NCBI GenBank assembly: GCA_017463665.1
Contig: JAFTOT010000035.1
Coordinates: 4,996 to 68,995, forward strand
DNA from: Clostridia bacterium
GTDB taxonomy: Bacteria; Bacillota; Clostridia; Oscillospirales; CAG-272
Direction: 5' to 3'
Length of the DNA: 64,000 nt
This document shows positions 20,217 through 30,435 of this stretch, piece by piece. Each line of letters opens with the position of its first letter. Position 1 is the stretch's first letter. A program made the position numbers and the translations under genes. The notes beneath the pieces are model-generated. The model ran no database searches, was not told the DNA's origin, and saw nothing but the letters and a program-made list of their open reading frames with translations.

Positions 20217-20975
20217 ATGGAACAACTCACCTACAAGCTGGAGGTCTATGAAGGACCGCTTGACCTTTTGCTGGATCTGATCGAAAAGAACAAGATCGAC
20301 ATTATGAATATCCCGATCTCGCTGATCTGTGATCAGTATATGGCATATATCGAGCAAGCGCGCGTCATGGATCTGGAACTCGCGGGAGAATTTATTGTCA
20401 TGGCAAGCGAGCTTTTGTATATCAAAAGCAAAATGCTTCTGCCGCGCGTTGAACCCGACGAGGAAGATCCGCGCGCATCCCTTGCCGAAGCACTGTTGAT
20501 CTATAAGCAGGCCAAAGAAGCAGCCGAGCTGCTCGCTCCGATGTACTCCTCATACAGCGGACGAACCGAAAAAGAAGAAGACGAGATCAAAGCGCCGAGC
20601 GAAGTCCCCGAGGGACTTTCTCCCGAGCTTTTAAAAAAAGCTCTCGGCGTGATCTCGGTACGTCTGCGAGAACTGGAAGCCGCGCACTCCCGTAATCTCT
20701 CCCCGCTGGTAAAGGGAGAAGTGGTCTCTGTTTCAGACAAGATCAGCGATATTGTTGTGCATCTTAAGAAAAAACCTGCATCTTTGCTGCAAGTTATGCG
20801 CACCGCCTCCTCTCGCTCGGCACTGGTCGCCACCTTTATGGCGCTGCTGGAACTGATCAAGGAGCGAACGATCCTGCTCTACGATGACGATGCGGAAAGC
20901 GGCAATATCGGCAACAGTGTTATGCTGAAATTCAACGAAGATGCCGGAGGGCACCTTCCCATTACCGAGTTTTGA
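20217..20975 (+). CDS. scpA: segregation and condensation protein A
   Basis: 252 aa with YEGPLDLLLDLIEKNKIDI, typical of ScpA. Confidence 0.9.
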   Translation: MEQLTYKLEVYEGPLDLLLDLIEKNKIDIMNIPISLICDQYMAYIEQARVMDLELAGEFIVMASELLYIKSKMLLPRVEPDEEDPRASLAEALLIYKQAKEAAELLAPMYSSYSGRTEKEEDEIKAPSEVPEGLSPELLKKALGVISVRLRELEAAHSRNLSPLVKGEVVSVSDKISDIVVHLKKKPASLLQVMRTASSRSALVATFMALLELIKERTILLYDDDAESGNIGNSVMLKFNEDAGGHLPITEF

Positions 20976-20996
20976 ACCTGAAAGGAACGGACATTC

Positions 20997-21614
20997 ATGG
21001 CAGAACTTTTTACACTTTCGGAGCAAACCAAGGAAGTCCTTGAAGCGGTGTTGTTTGCCGCAGGTCACCCGCTCACCTATGAAAAGCTGGCACAGGTATT
21101 TGAAGTCTCTCCGCGTGAAGCCAAGGGCATCGTGGCAGAATACGCCGAAGAATACAACAGCGGCAAGGTCACACGCGGTCTTTTGCTGCTCACATTTGAC
21201 GATTGCTGTCAGCTCTGCACCAAAGAGGACTACATCCGAGAGATCCGTATTGCACTCGGCATTCGCCGCGGCGGAAATCTCTCCGCATCTTCTCTGGAAA
21301 CCTTGGCGATCGTCGCCTACAACCAACCCGTTACCCGCGCTTATATCGATACAGTACGCGGTGTGGATTCCGGTTATGCGGTAAGTTCCCTGGTAGAGCG
21401 CGGTCTTATCGAATCCAAATCCCGCCTGGATGCCCCCGGTCGTCCGATGCTGTACACGACCACTGCAGCATTTTTACGCTGCTTCGGTCTGAGCTCACCG
21501 GAGGATCTGCCAAAGCTGAATGAGGGAGATATCTCCTTACTCGACTCTCTCAAAGAAATGGGCGGTGAAAACGCACCTGCGGAACCTACGGAAGATAGCG
21601 CGACTGCCGAGTAA
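20997..21614 (+). CDS. scpB: segregation and condensation protein B
   Basis: 205 aa with EAVLFAAGHPL...LETLAIVAYNQPVTRAYID..RGV, typical of ScpB. Confidence 0.9.
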   Translation: MAELFTLSEQTKEVLEAVLFAAGHPLTYEKLAQVFEVSPREAKGIVAEYAEEYNSGKVTRGLLLLTFDDCCQLCTKEDYIREIRIALGIRRGGNLSASSLETLAIVAYNQPVTRAYIDTVRGVDSGYAVSSLVERGLIESKSRLDAPGRPMLYTTTAAFLRCFGLSSPEDLPKLNEGDISLLDSLKEMGGENAPAEPTEDSATAE

Positions 21615-21655
21615 AATTATTTTTCAAGGTCAACAATACGTTTGGAGGTGAGCGT

Positions 21656-22288
21656 TTGGTCATTCTATGGATATTAGGCATTTTCGTCTTGCTGATCACG
21701 GCGCTCTGCCTGACACGGATACATGTTATCATCAGCGCAAGTGAGGAAATTTCGGTAAAACTCAGCATTTACGGAATAAAAATTCCATTATATCCGCAAA
21801 ATAAAAAAAAGGCAGATCCCAAAAAATTCAAAAAGGGATATCCAAAGTCTAAATTGGAAAAGGAAAAAGCGGTCAAGGAGCCGAAAAAGAAAAAACAGCC
21901 GAAAGAAAAAGTACCGATCGGCGAAATGATCGAAACGATCATTTCTCTGCTCAAAAAATTCTTTTCAAAGTTTTTCAAACACCTGCGGTTGGACATTTCG
22001 CGCATCCTCGTCACGGTCGGCGCGGAAGATGCCGCGAAATGCGCGATCACCTATGGCATTGTATCGCAATCCGTCGCCTACCTGCTCGAATTTTTAGATT
22101 GCAACCTGAACATCAGCAAAAAGCGCAGCGGCGAGATCGATGTGCGCTGTGACTTCACTGCGGAAAGTATTTCCTATGACATTTTTCTTTCCGCATCGCT
22201 CACTGTATGGCAAATTCTTGACATCGGTATCTCTTTGGCGTATAATTACCTTAAAGGTAAAGATATATTTCATTTGATAAATTCTTAA
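21656..22288 (+). CDS. YtfI-like membrane protein (DUF2953-type), Lys-rich linker
   Basis: 210 aa. N-terminal TM helix followed by a KKKADPKKFKK...KKKKQPKEK segment. Sits directly upstream of ytfJ as in B. subtilis ytfI-ytfJ. TTG start 5 nt after GGAGGTG. Confidence 0.5.
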   Translation: MVILWILGIFVLLITALCLTRIHVIISASEEISVKLSIYGIKIPLYPQNKKKADPKKFKKGYPKSKLEKEKAVKEPKKKKQPKEKVPIGEMIETIISLLKKFFSKFFKHLRLDISRILVTVGAEDAAKCAITYGIVSQSVAYLLEFLDCNLNISKKRSGEIDVRCDFTAESISYDIFLSASLTVWQILDIGISLAYNYLKGKDIFHLINS

Positions 22289-22310
22289 ACTTACGGAGGA
22301 CAACACCACC

Positions 22311-22733
22311 ATGGCGGAAAGCAAGATCAATGATATTATCAAAGTCTCTCTCGAGAAAATAAAAGACATTGTTGACGCGGAAACGATTATTGGTTCCCCG
22401 ATCGAAACTGCAAGCGGCACCACGATCATTCCCGTCTCCAAGGTAGCGGTCGGGTTTGCCTCCGGCGGTCTCGACTACGATCCCGAGCGTGCCGCAAAAG
22501 AAACAAAATCCTCGCTCCTGAAGGCCGCTAATTTTTCGGGCGGCGGTGGAACCGGTATCAGCGTTTCACCGATCGGCTTCTTGGTCGTGAGCAAGGACGG
22601 ACGCGTAGATCTGCTGACGGTAGATAATCCGAACGCCGGAGATTCTATCGACAAACTTGTTTCGATCATCGAGCGTTCGCCCGAGATCATTTCGCGCGTA
22701 AAGACCGCGTTTACCAAAGATTCTGAAGAATAA
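22311..22733 (+). CDS. ytfJ: sporulation protein YtfJ (GerW family)
   Basis: 140 aa with LEKIKDIVDAETIIGSPIETASGTTIIPVSKVAVGFASGG, the characteristic YtfJ/GerW N-terminus. Confidence 0.75.
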   Translation: MAESKINDIIKVSLEKIKDIVDAETIIGSPIETASGTTIIPVSKVAVGFASGGLDYDPERAAKETKSSLLKAANFSGGGGTGISVSPIGFLVVSKDGRVDLLTVDNPNAGDSIDKLVSIIERSPEIISRVKTAFTKDSEE

Positions 22734-22810
22734 TCCAGATACACCGATTTTGTACACGGTATAGAACATACGGTTCTGTAAACACTATCTTTGCTTAGGA
22801 TGGTGATTAC

Positions 22811-23932
22811 ATGTACAAATTCGGTGTATTTTTCAAAAAAACAACAGCGTTTTTGCTTTTATGCGCGGCATTTCTTGTATCAGTCGCTGCCGAGCAGCCA
22901 AGTCTATCCGCTGCAAGTGCGATCCTGATCCGCGCTGACAACGGCGAATGTATCGCCGCATATAACGCAGACGAGCAACGCGGTATGGCAAGCACGACCA
23001 AGATCATGACGGCGCTGGTGGCAATCGAAAACGGTGATTTAGATCAAAAGATCACCATCCCGAATGAAGCGCTCGGCGTAGAAGGCTCTTCCCTGTATCT
23101 CAAAAAAGGTGAGGAAATGTCACTGCGCGAACTGCTTTACGGACTCATGCTGCAAAGTGCAAACGATGCGGCGGAGGCAATCGCTATTCTCGTTGGCGGC
23201 AGCGTGGAAGGTTTTGCCGAAATGATGAATCAAAAAGCCGCCGAACTCGGACTTTCGAACACGCATTTTACCAATCCGCACGGACTTGCAGACGATGACC
23301 ACTATACCACGGCACGCGATCTTGCGCGCATCAGCGCATACGCCCTGAAAAATGAAACCTTTCGGGAGATCTGTTCCACTCGTAAAACAACCATTCCCGC
23401 CGCAGAGGGCGTTCGTTGGCTGATCAATCATAACAAGATGCTCACAATCTACGACGGCACCTACGGCGTAAAAACCGGTTTTACCAAGGCAACAGGACGC
23501 TGCCTTGTTTCCGCCGCGGAGCGGAACGGCGTACAGCTCATTGCAGTTACACTAAACGCACCCAACGATTGGGATGACCACCGCGCATTGCTGGATTACG
23601 GCTTTTCACAGTTAGAATCCGTACAACTTGCCAAGCAAGATGACTTTGTCTGCGAGCTACCGCTGATCGGCGGTGCATGCGGCAGTGTGGCACTGCATAT
23701 CCAAAACGATGTTACCGCAGTGCTCCCAAAAGATCGTGACAGTATTGTAGAACGCATTGAACTGCTCCAACCGCGCTTTGCCCCCATTTATAAAGGGGAT
23801 GAAGTCGGCAGGATCGTATATACCCTCGCAGGAAACGAGATCGCCTCTTCCCCGCTCTACGCGGCAACGTATGTAGGCAAAAGACAAACCGATACTTCTT
23901 TTTTAGAAAAACTAACCGATATTTTCAGATAG
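22811..23932 (+). CDS. D-alanyl-D-alanine carboxypeptidase (S11, DacB/DacF-like)
   Basis: Signal peptide plus SxxK (ASTTK), SxN (QSAND) and KTG (KTGFT) motifs. Confidence 0.85.
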   Translation: MYKFGVFFKKTTAFLLLCAAFLVSVAAEQPSLSAASAILIRADNGECIAAYNADEQRGMASTTKIMTALVAIENGDLDQKITIPNEALGVEGSSLYLKKGEEMSLRELLYGLMLQSANDAAEAIAILVGGSVEGFAEMMNQKAAELGLSNTHFTNPHGLADDDHYTTARDLARISAYALKNETFREICSTRKTTIPAAEGVRWLINHNKMLTIYDGTYGVKTGFTKATGRCLVSAAERNGVQLIAVTLNAPNDWDDHRALLDYGFSQLESVQLAKQDDFVCELPLIGGACGSVALHIQNDVTAVLPKDRDSIVERIELLQPRFAPIYKGDEVGRIVYTLAGNEIASSPLYAATYVGKRQTDTSFLEKLTDIFR

Positions 23933-23939
23933 GACAAAT

Positions 23940-24671
23940 ATGGAAAAAATAAGATTGCAAAAATTTTTTACCGAATGCGGACTCATGTCCCGCCGTGCAG
24001 CAGAAGCTGAGATCGAAGCGGGCAAAGTAACCGTCAATGGTGTAACAGCGCAGCTCGGCGACAAGGTAGATCCTGCCGCCGATGTCGTCGTATATAAAGG
24101 AAAGATCCTCGAATATCCGCACGGTGAGCACATCTATATCATGCTGCACAAACCGCGCGGCTATCTCACCAGTATGAGCGACGACCACGGCAGAAAATGC
24201 GTCTCGGAATTGGTCAGCGATGTCGGTGCACGCGTATACCCGATCGGTCGTCTCGACCTCAACTCTGAAGGACTTTTGCTGCTTACGGATGACGGCGAGC
24301 TCGCAAATATTCTCACCCATCCGAAGCACTCGGTCGGCAAAGTCTATAACGTTTCGGTACGCGGCGAGATCAGCACACAGACGCTTGAAACACTGCGTGC
24401 GCCCATGCTGATCGACGGCTATCGCACGCGCGGCGCCGAGGTAGAACTGATCGAAAAGCATGAAGGCGGCGGAAAGTTAAAAATCGTGCTCTATGAGGGA
24501 CGCAACCGAGAGATCCGCAAAATGTGCGAACAGGTACATCTGCACGTCAGCCGTCTCTGCCGTGTACAGATCGGCGAAATTCGCCTCAGTGGTCTTGCGC
24601 TCGGGAAATGGCGCTTTTTGGATCGCGCACAGATCAAATATCTAAAAAGCATCAAGGAAAATGCGAAATGA
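23940..24671 (+). CDS. rluB: rRNA pseudouridine synthase (RsuA/RluB family) with S4 domain
   Basis: 243 aa. S4 N-terminus (RLQKFFTECGLMSRR) and catalytic GRLDLNSEGLLLLTDDG. Confidence 0.78.
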   Translation: MEKIRLQKFFTECGLMSRRAAEAEIEAGKVTVNGVTAQLGDKVDPAADVVVYKGKILEYPHGEHIYIMLHKPRGYLTSMSDDHGRKCVSELVSDVGARVYPIGRLDLNSEGLLLLTDDGELANILTHPKHSVGKVYNVSVRGEISTQTLETLRAPMLIDGYRTRGAEVELIEKHEGGGKLKIVLYEGRNREIRKMCEQVHLHVSRLCRVQIGEIRLSGLALGKWRFLDRAQIKYLKSIKENAK

Positions 24672-24680
24672 GGGATACAT

Positions 24681-25070
24681 ATGCTGATCGTAAAGCCCAT
24701 TTTGGAAAAAGATAAACAGGAAGAAATCTGCAAAGCCTGCGGTGCCGCATATGATGCGGATCTGCTCGCCTGTTCCGCCTATGATGACGGAAATTTGATC
24801 GGTTTTTGTCAGTTTGCTCTCTCCGGAAAAACGGCAATTCTCACCGATCTGCGGTCAAAGATCGGTGTGGATGACTTTGAAGCGATGTTCATTTTAGCGC
24901 GCGGAACGCTGAATTATATCGATCTGTGCGGTATTCATCTCGCCCGATGCACAGCAGATGCAGGCGACCTTACACTGATCCGCGCTATAGGCTTCAAAGA
25001 GATCGACGAAAATATCTTTGAAATGGATCTCACCGACCAATTCAGCGGAAAATGTTCGCACTGTAAATAG
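24681..25070 (+). CDS. hypothetical small protein (possibly a degenerate GNAT-like fold)
   Basis: 129-aa ORF with GAGGGA RBS and native codon usage. I recognise no confident family motif. Confidence 0.4.
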   Translation: MLIVKPILEKDKQEEICKACGAAYDADLLACSAYDDGNLIGFCQFALSGKTAILTDLRSKIGVDDFEAMFILARGTLNYIDLCGIHLARCTADAGDLTLIRAIGFKEIDENIFEMDLTDQFSGKCSHCK

Positions 25071-25091
25071 CGTCATTACTGCCCTTTTCGA

Positions 25092-25130
25092 GTTACTGCT
25101 TCTGTCTTCGACAGCGGCAGTAACTTTTTT
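25092..25130 (+). terminator. intrinsic terminator upstream of spo0A
   Basis: GTTACTGC...GCAGTAAC outer stem with an inner TGTC/GACA stem, followed by TTTTTTG. Confidence 0.6.
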
Positions 25131-25187
25131 GTTGGAAATTTCCAATAATATTAGTAAAATTTTGGTAATCTTTATTCTCCATTTCTC

Positions 25188-25216
25188 TTGAAATTTTTAC
25201 CACAATATGGTAATAT
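25188..25216 (+). promoter_or_regulatory. candidate sigma-A promoter of spo0A
   Basis: TTGAAA (25188..25193), a 17-nt spacer, then TAATAT (25211..25216) with a TG two bases upstream (TGgTAATAT, extended -10-like). Confidence 0.4.
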
Positions 25217-25263
25217 ATTATCGTAAAATCCATTTATAAGAAGAAGGAGAGTACATATAGTTT

Positions 25264-26049
25264 ATGGAACTGAACACAAAAATTCTAATTGCGGATGAAA
25301 ACCTCGAACAAAGAAATTTTTTAAAAGAAAATCTCTATCGAGCAGGTTACCGCAATGTCGATATCGCCGCAAACGGTGAAGATGCTATTCTGAAAATCAA
25401 TCGAATGCATCCCGATATTGCAATCATTGACATCTGGCTGACAAAACTGGATGGTGTCGGTGTACTTCGGAATGCGCGAACACTTGACTTTGGAAAGGAC
25501 ATGCCGACGTCCTTTATCATCGTTTCCATGGTCGCCAACCAAAATCTGTTTGTAGAAGCAACCAATCTCGGCGCCGAGCTTTGTCTGCTCAAGCCGTATA
25601 ACTACACCAGTATGATCGAACATATCGATGCAATCGCCACTCGCCGTGCCAAGCCTCACGCCGCCCTACCCGCCGAGCCGACCGCAAAATCTTCCGTAGA
25701 TCTTGAAACACAGGTTACGCAGATCATTCATCAAATCGGCGTACCTGCACATATAAAAGGCTATCAATACCTCCGCACCGCGATCCTCATGACCATAAAT
25801 GACAGCGAGATCATCAATTCCGTAACCAAGGTTCTCTATCCGTCTGTTGCTAAAAAATACTCTACTACCACTTCCCGTGTGGAACGCGCTATTCGGCATG
25901 CGATCGAGGTTGCATGGGACAGAGGCGACGTGGACACACTTAACTCTTACTTCGGATATACCATTCAAAACAACCGCGGCAAGCCCACCAATTCAGAATT
26001 TATTGCTATGATCGCCGATAATCTTCGCTTGAAACTGAAACTCTTCTGA
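25264..26049 (+). CDS. spo0A: sporulation master regulator Spo0A
   Basis: 261 aa. A receiver domain plus the diagnostic C-terminal effector sequence [18 protein letters not shown] and [22 protein letters not shown]. Confidence 0.93.
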   Translation: MELNTKILIADENLEQRNFLKENLYRAGYRNVDIAANGEDAILKINRMHPDIAIIDIWLTKLDGVGVLRNARTLDFGKDMPTSFIIVSMVANQNLFVEATNLGAELCLLKPYNYTSMIEHIDAIATRRAKPHAALPAEPTAKSSVDLETQVTQIIHQIGVPAHIKGYQYLRTAILMTINDSEIINSVTKVLYPSVAKKYSTTTSRVERAIRHAIEVAWDRGDVDTLNSYFGYTIQNNRGKPTNSEFIAMIADNLRLKLKLF

Positions 26050-26056
26050 TTCCATA

Positions 26057-26086
26057 GAAAAAAGCAGCCCGATGGCTGCTTTTTTC
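26057..26086. terminator. bidirectional intrinsic terminator (spo0A / M20 gene)
   Basis: AAAAAAGCAGCC-CGAT-GGCTGCTTTTTT lies between the convergent genes. Confidence 0.65.
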
Positions 26087-26112
26087 TGAGACTGTCGAAA
26101 ATACTTTTTCTA

Positions 26113-27459
26113 TTAAAAATTCAATTTCAATTCATGATCGGAAATCTTTTCAACGGCTGTGCACTCGGTAAAGATGTCATCCATCACTGCAAAATATTCC
26201 GCAAACGAAGCAAATCGTACATTCGCATTTGCAATGACTTCCTTAGCCGCCGCAGCATCATTTGAAAGCAGATTGCGCAACAGGACAAGCTGTGCTTTTG
26301 CCGAATCCATGCATGCACTGTCAAAATCGGCAATGCGATATGCTGCACCGTGTGCCGCACCGACAGAACCGCTGCCGAATGCATGCACCGCAGGCATAAC
26401 CTGTGAAAGATCTCCCATGTCACTGCATCCGGTGTCCCAGGGATTCTCTACATAATGTACATTTTCTTCTCCGACCACCTCTGCCATCGCCTGCATGGCA
26501 AACCGAGTCAGTGTTTTGTCATATGCGCCGGGCATATAGCCGGGAATATCACGCAGTTTGACATTGGCACCAATCGCCGCAGCCGAAGCTGCAACAGCTC
26601 GATTGATCTTAATATTGACAGCCGTACAAGCATCTACCGTAGATGCACGCACCTGATTCTCCATCAAAACACGGCCGGGGATGGCATTGACAACCGTGCC
26701 GCCCTGCACAATAATCGGATGCACGCGAACAAAATCATAGTTGTTAAAGGTCTCGCGCAAAGCGTTGATCGCGCTGAGGCTTAAATTCGCAGCATACAGC
26801 GCGTTGATGCCATGCCGCGGTGCAGCCGCATGTGTCGCCTTACCGATAAACTCCGCCGTTTTCATAATGCTGCCGTTGCAGCCGGGTTTGATGGTAAAGC
26901 GATGCTGTCCGCCGCCTGTATGGATCATAAACGCCATGTCGCAGCCGTCAAAATAGCCTCGTCTCAGAAACTCTTGCTTGCCGCCGAAATAATGAATGAT
27001 GCCATCGCGGCGAAGTCCTTCGCGAAATTCGAGCTCGCCGAGCTCCTCGGCAGGAACAACACACAGACGGATGCTTCCGCATAGTCCCTCCAGAATTTCG
27101 GGGACACGCAATGCAGCAGCAACACCGTACAAAGCGGCACACTGCGCATGATGTCCGCAGGCATGTGCAACGCCGGTATTCGGATCTGCCTTGGGATGAT
27201 CGGGACAGGAAAGACCATCCAGTTCACTCAGCATCAAAATACGCGGTCCGGGTTTTCCGGTATCCACATCCACGTAAAATCCGGGAATATTTTCCGCCAT
27301 CGTAGGTACATATCCGAGATCGCGGTATGCCCTTTCCAGATAGTTGCTGCTCTCCCACTCGCGATATCCCGCAGCAGGATGCGCTTCCATAAAATCCAAT
27401 ACTCCCTGCATCTCTGCACGGCGTGCCTCCACCAAAGAGGAAATTTGTTCGTATGTCAT
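26113..27459 (-). CDS. M20-family amidohydrolase/peptidase (AbgB-like)
   Basis: 448 aa with metal-ligand region HACGHH and overall M20D-like sequence. Confidence 0.75.
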   Translation of the reverse strand: MTYEQISSLVEARRAEMQGVLDFMEAHPAAGYREWESSNYLERAYRDLGYVPTMAENIPGFYVDVDTGKPGPRILMLSELDGLSCPDHPKADPNTGVAHACGHHAQCAALYGVAAALRVPEILEGLCGSIRLCVVPAEELGELEFREGLRRDGIIHYFGGKQEFLRRGYFDGCDMAFMIHTGGGQHRFTIKPGCNGSIMKTAEFIGKATHAAAPRHGINALYAANLSLSAINALRETFNNYDFVRVHPIIVQGGTVVNAIPGRVLMENQVRASTVDACTAVNIKINRAVAASAAAIGANVKLRDIPGYMPGAYDKTLTRFAMQAMAEVVGEENVHYVENPWDTGCSDMGDLSQVMPAVHAFGSGSVGAAHGAAYRIADFDSACMDSAKAQLVLLRNLLSNDAAAAKEVIANANVRFASFAEYFAVMDDIFTECTAVEKISDHELKLNF

Positions 27460-27551
27460 GGCTCTCCCTCCTTATCCATATCACCAGTATAGCATAAGGA
27501 GCTGAACAAAATCCACAAAATATTTTTATTTTTCAAAAATTCTTTATTGCT

Positions 27552-27581
27552 AAAAAAATCCGCTTTGCATAAGCAAAGCGG
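27552..27581 (-). terminator. intrinsic terminator after purA
   Basis: CCGCTTTGC-ATAA-GCAAAGCGG hairpin. On the minus strand it is followed by ATTTTTTTAG. Confidence 0.6.
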
Positions 27582-27587
27582 TATTTT

Positions 27588-28889
27588 TTATTCATACATC
27601 TTGATATATGCATCGCGCTCGGCACCAACGGATACATACGTAACCGGAACGCCGACGGATTTTTCAATAAACTTGATATAATCATACGCTTCTTTAGGAA
27701 GATCGGAAGCTTTTCTGCATCCCGAAATGTCACAGTTGAAGCCCTTCATGTACTCATATACAGGCTTCGCCTTATTCAAGCGCTCACCGATCATAAAGTC
27801 GGTAACGACCTCGCCGTCTATCTCATAACCTACGCAGACCGGTATCTTTTCAAAATAAGAAAGTACATCCAGCTTGGTCAGTGCGATCTCGGTCGCCCCC
27901 TGCATCATGCAGCCATACTTGGAAGCAACTACGTCAAACCCACCAACACGACGCGGTCTGCCGGTCGCGGCACCGTATTCGCCGCCTGCCTGACGCAATT
28001 TTTCTGCCTCATCGCCAAACATTTCACAGGTAAAAGGACCTTCACCAACACAGGTGGAATATGCCTTCATAACGCCGATGCTGCCATCCAGCTTTGCAAA
28101 CGGAATGCCCGCACCTACAGGCGCGTATGCGGCAATTGTCGAAGAAGAGGACGTATACGGGAAAATACCAAAATCAATATCGCGAAGCGCGCCAAGCTGT
28201 GCCTCGAACATGATCTTCTTACCATCGCGAATTGCAGATGCAAGATAGCTTGTAGTATCGCAAACAAACGGCTTCAAAGCGTCGCCGTAAGTCTTCAGCC
28301 ATGCCAGCATGTCCTTCGCCGTAACGGCATCGGCGCCGTAACCGTTATGGATGGTAAGATTTCTCCATGCGAGGATACCATCGAGACGTTGTTCAAGATA
28401 CGCCTCCGACTCAAAAAGGTCGCACATGCGCAGAACTTTCTTCATATATTTGTCGCCATACACCGGACCGATTCCACGGCGCGTGGAGCCGAATTTAGCA
28501 TCGCCGAGACGGTCTTCCTCCAGGCAATCAAGCATCTTGTGATATGGCATGCAAATAACAGCCTTTTCGCTGATTTTAAGATGATCGGGCGTGATCTCGA
28601 TTCCCTTATCGGTGAGACGCTGCATCTCGCCGACCAGATGTTCAAGATCAATGACCATGCCATTGCCCATTACGTTCACCGTATTCGAGCGAAGAATACC
28701 GGACGGCAGCAAATTCAAAATGAACTTGCCCTTATCATTTACGACTGTATGACCGGCGTTGTTGCCGCCCTGATAACGGATGATCACATCATAATCCTCC
28801 GAGAGAAGGTCAACCATTCTTCCCTTTCCCTCGTCACCCCAGTTGATACCTACGATGGCTGTCAGTTTGCTTTTTTTGTCCTCTTCCAT
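27588..28889 (-). CDS. purA: adenylosuccinate synthase
   Basis: 433 aa with GDEGKGRMVD, GGNNAGHTV and GTTRRGIGP-like motifs. Confidence 0.95.
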   Translation of the reverse strand: MEEDKKSKLTAIVGINWGDEGKGRMVDLLSEDYDVIIRYQGGNNAGHTVVNDKGKFILNLLPSGILRSNTVNVMGNGMVIDLEHLVGEMQRLTDKGIEITPDHLKISEKAVICMPYHKMLDCLEEDRLGDAKFGSTRRGIGPVYGDKYMKKVLRMCDLFESEAYLEQRLDGILAWRNLTIHNGYGADAVTAKDMLAWLKTYGDALKPFVCDTTSYLASAIRDGKKIMFEAQLGALRDIDFGIFPYTSSSSTIAAYAPVGAGIPFAKLDGSIGVMKAYSTCVGEGPFTCEMFGDEAEKLRQAGGEYGAATGRPRRVGGFDVVASKYGCMMQGATEIALTKLDVLSYFEKIPVCVGYEIDGEVVTDFMIGERLNKAKPVYEYMKGFNCDISGCRKASDLPKEAYDYIKFIEKSVGVPVTYVSVGAERDAYIKMYE

Positions 28890-28904
28890 TATTTTTTCCT
28901 CGGT

Positions 28905-30341
28905 TTATACTTTCAAGTTTACTTTTACTTCTTCGGTGAGATATTTTTTCACGATCGGATCTGCCACTTCTTTGACAAACTCCTCAACCTGCGAAACGCA
29001 GCGGCCGATATACAATTCAGGGGAAAGCTCCGCCTCGATCTCTTCGCGCGTGATCGGGAATGCCGGATCATTTTCAATGCGATCGATCAGATCATTAGCA
29101 CCGCCCTCCAATTTCACCTTTGCAGCAGCCGCATGGGAATGTACACGCAGTCTTTCGTGCAGCTCCTGACGGTTACCGCCGTTCTTGACCGACTTCATCA
29201 TAATATTTTCCGTCGCCATAAACGGAAGCTTTTCCATCACTCTACGGCGTACGACCTTGTCATATACCACCAGTCCACCGGTTACATTGATATAGATATT
29301 CAAGATCGAATCAATCGCCAGAAATGCCTCGGCAACACTGATGCGCTTGTTGGCGCTGTCATCCAGCGTTCTCTCGAACCACTGCGTCGCCGAAGTGAAT
29401 GCGGGATTCACAGAATCGGCAATTACATAGCGAGCCAGCGAACAAATACGCTCGCTGCGCATCGGGTTACGTTTGTACGGCATGGCAGACGAACCGATCT
29501 GATTCTTCTCAAACGGCTCTTCCATCTCTTCAAAAGATTGCAAAATACGAAGATCATTTGCAAATTTGTGCGCGCTCTGCGCGATACCCGAAAGCACGGC
29601 AAGGAAATATGCGTCTACCTTGCGGGAATACGTTTGACCGGATACGATCACGCAGGAATCAAAGCCCATCTGCTCAGCAACCAGACGATCCAACTCTTTT
29701 ACCTTCGATTCATCGCCATCAAACAGCTCCATAAAGCTTGCCTGCGTACCGGTAGTGCCCTTCGATCCAAGGAGCTGCATGGTCTCGATACGGTGTTCCA
29801 GTTCCGCTACATCCATAGCAAGCTCGTTAGCCCAAAGTGTTGCGCGCTTACCGACAGTGGTCAGCTGTGCAGGCTGCAGATGTGTATATGCAAGGCAAGG
29901 CATCGCTTTGTACTTCTCTGCAAATTCAGCGAGATTCTTCAAAACCTGCGCCGCTTTTTTGAGCACGAGCTGAGAAGCCTCACGCATAATGATCAAGTCG
30001 GTATTGTCGCCGACATAGCAGGAAGTCGCACCGAGATGAATAATCGGTTCGGCATTCGGGCACTGCTTGCCGTATGCATAGACATGCGACATCACATCAT
30101 GTCTTACTTCCGCCTCGCGCGCCTCGGCAACTTCAAAATTGATGTTGTCGGCGTTCGCAATCAGCTCTTCAATCTGCGCATCGGTAATATCAAGTCCAAG
30201 CTGTTTCTCTGCCTTGGCAAGCGCGATCCAAAGGCGGCGCCATGTCTTAAACTTCTTTTCCTCCGAAAAAAGGTACTGCATTTCGCTGCTGGCGTAGCGC
30301 GTACTGAACGGAGATATGTATTTTTCCTTTTCCGAAATCAT
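28905..30341 (-). CDS. purB: adenylosuccinate lyase
   Basis: Lyase_1 signature SSAMPYKRNP. Start set to ATG at 30341 (MISEKEKYISPFSTRY), preceded by AAGGAG. Confidence 0.93.
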   Translation of the reverse strand: MISEKEKYISPFSTRYASSEMQYLFSEEKKFKTWRRLWIALAKAEKQLGLDITDAQIEELIANADNINFEVAEAREAEVRHDVMSHVYAYGKQCPNAEPIIHLGATSCYVGDNTDLIIMREASQLVLKKAAQVLKNLAEFAEKYKAMPCLAYTHLQPAQLTTVGKRATLWANELAMDVAELEHRIETMQLLGSKGTTGTQASFMELFDGDESKVKELDRLVAEQMGFDSCVIVSGQTYSRKVDAYFLAVLSGIAQSAHKFANDLRILQSFEEMEEPFEKNQIGSSAMPYKRNPMRSERICSLARYVIADSVNPAFTSATQWFERTLDDSANKRISVAEAFLAIDSILNIYINVTGGLVVYDKVVRRRVMEKLPFMATENIMMKSVKNGGNRQELHERLRVHSHAAAAKVKLEGGANDLIDRIENDPAFPITREEIEAELSPELYIGRCVSQVEEFVKEVADPIVKKYLTEEVKVNLKV

Positions 30342-30363
30342 GTATACTCCTTCAAAAAGTATT

Positions 30364-30387
30364 GGGCATCCATGAAAATGGATGCCC
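30364..30387 (-). terminator. stem-loop / weak terminator between the HPr-like gene and purB
   Basis: GGGCATCCA-N6-TGGATGCCC hairpin. The minus-strand tail AATACTTTTT is only moderately U-rich. Confidence 0.45.
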
Positions 30388-30435
30388 AAACATTGTATTT
30401 TAAATTTGCTTGGGACGAACGGCTCTTATTGTATA

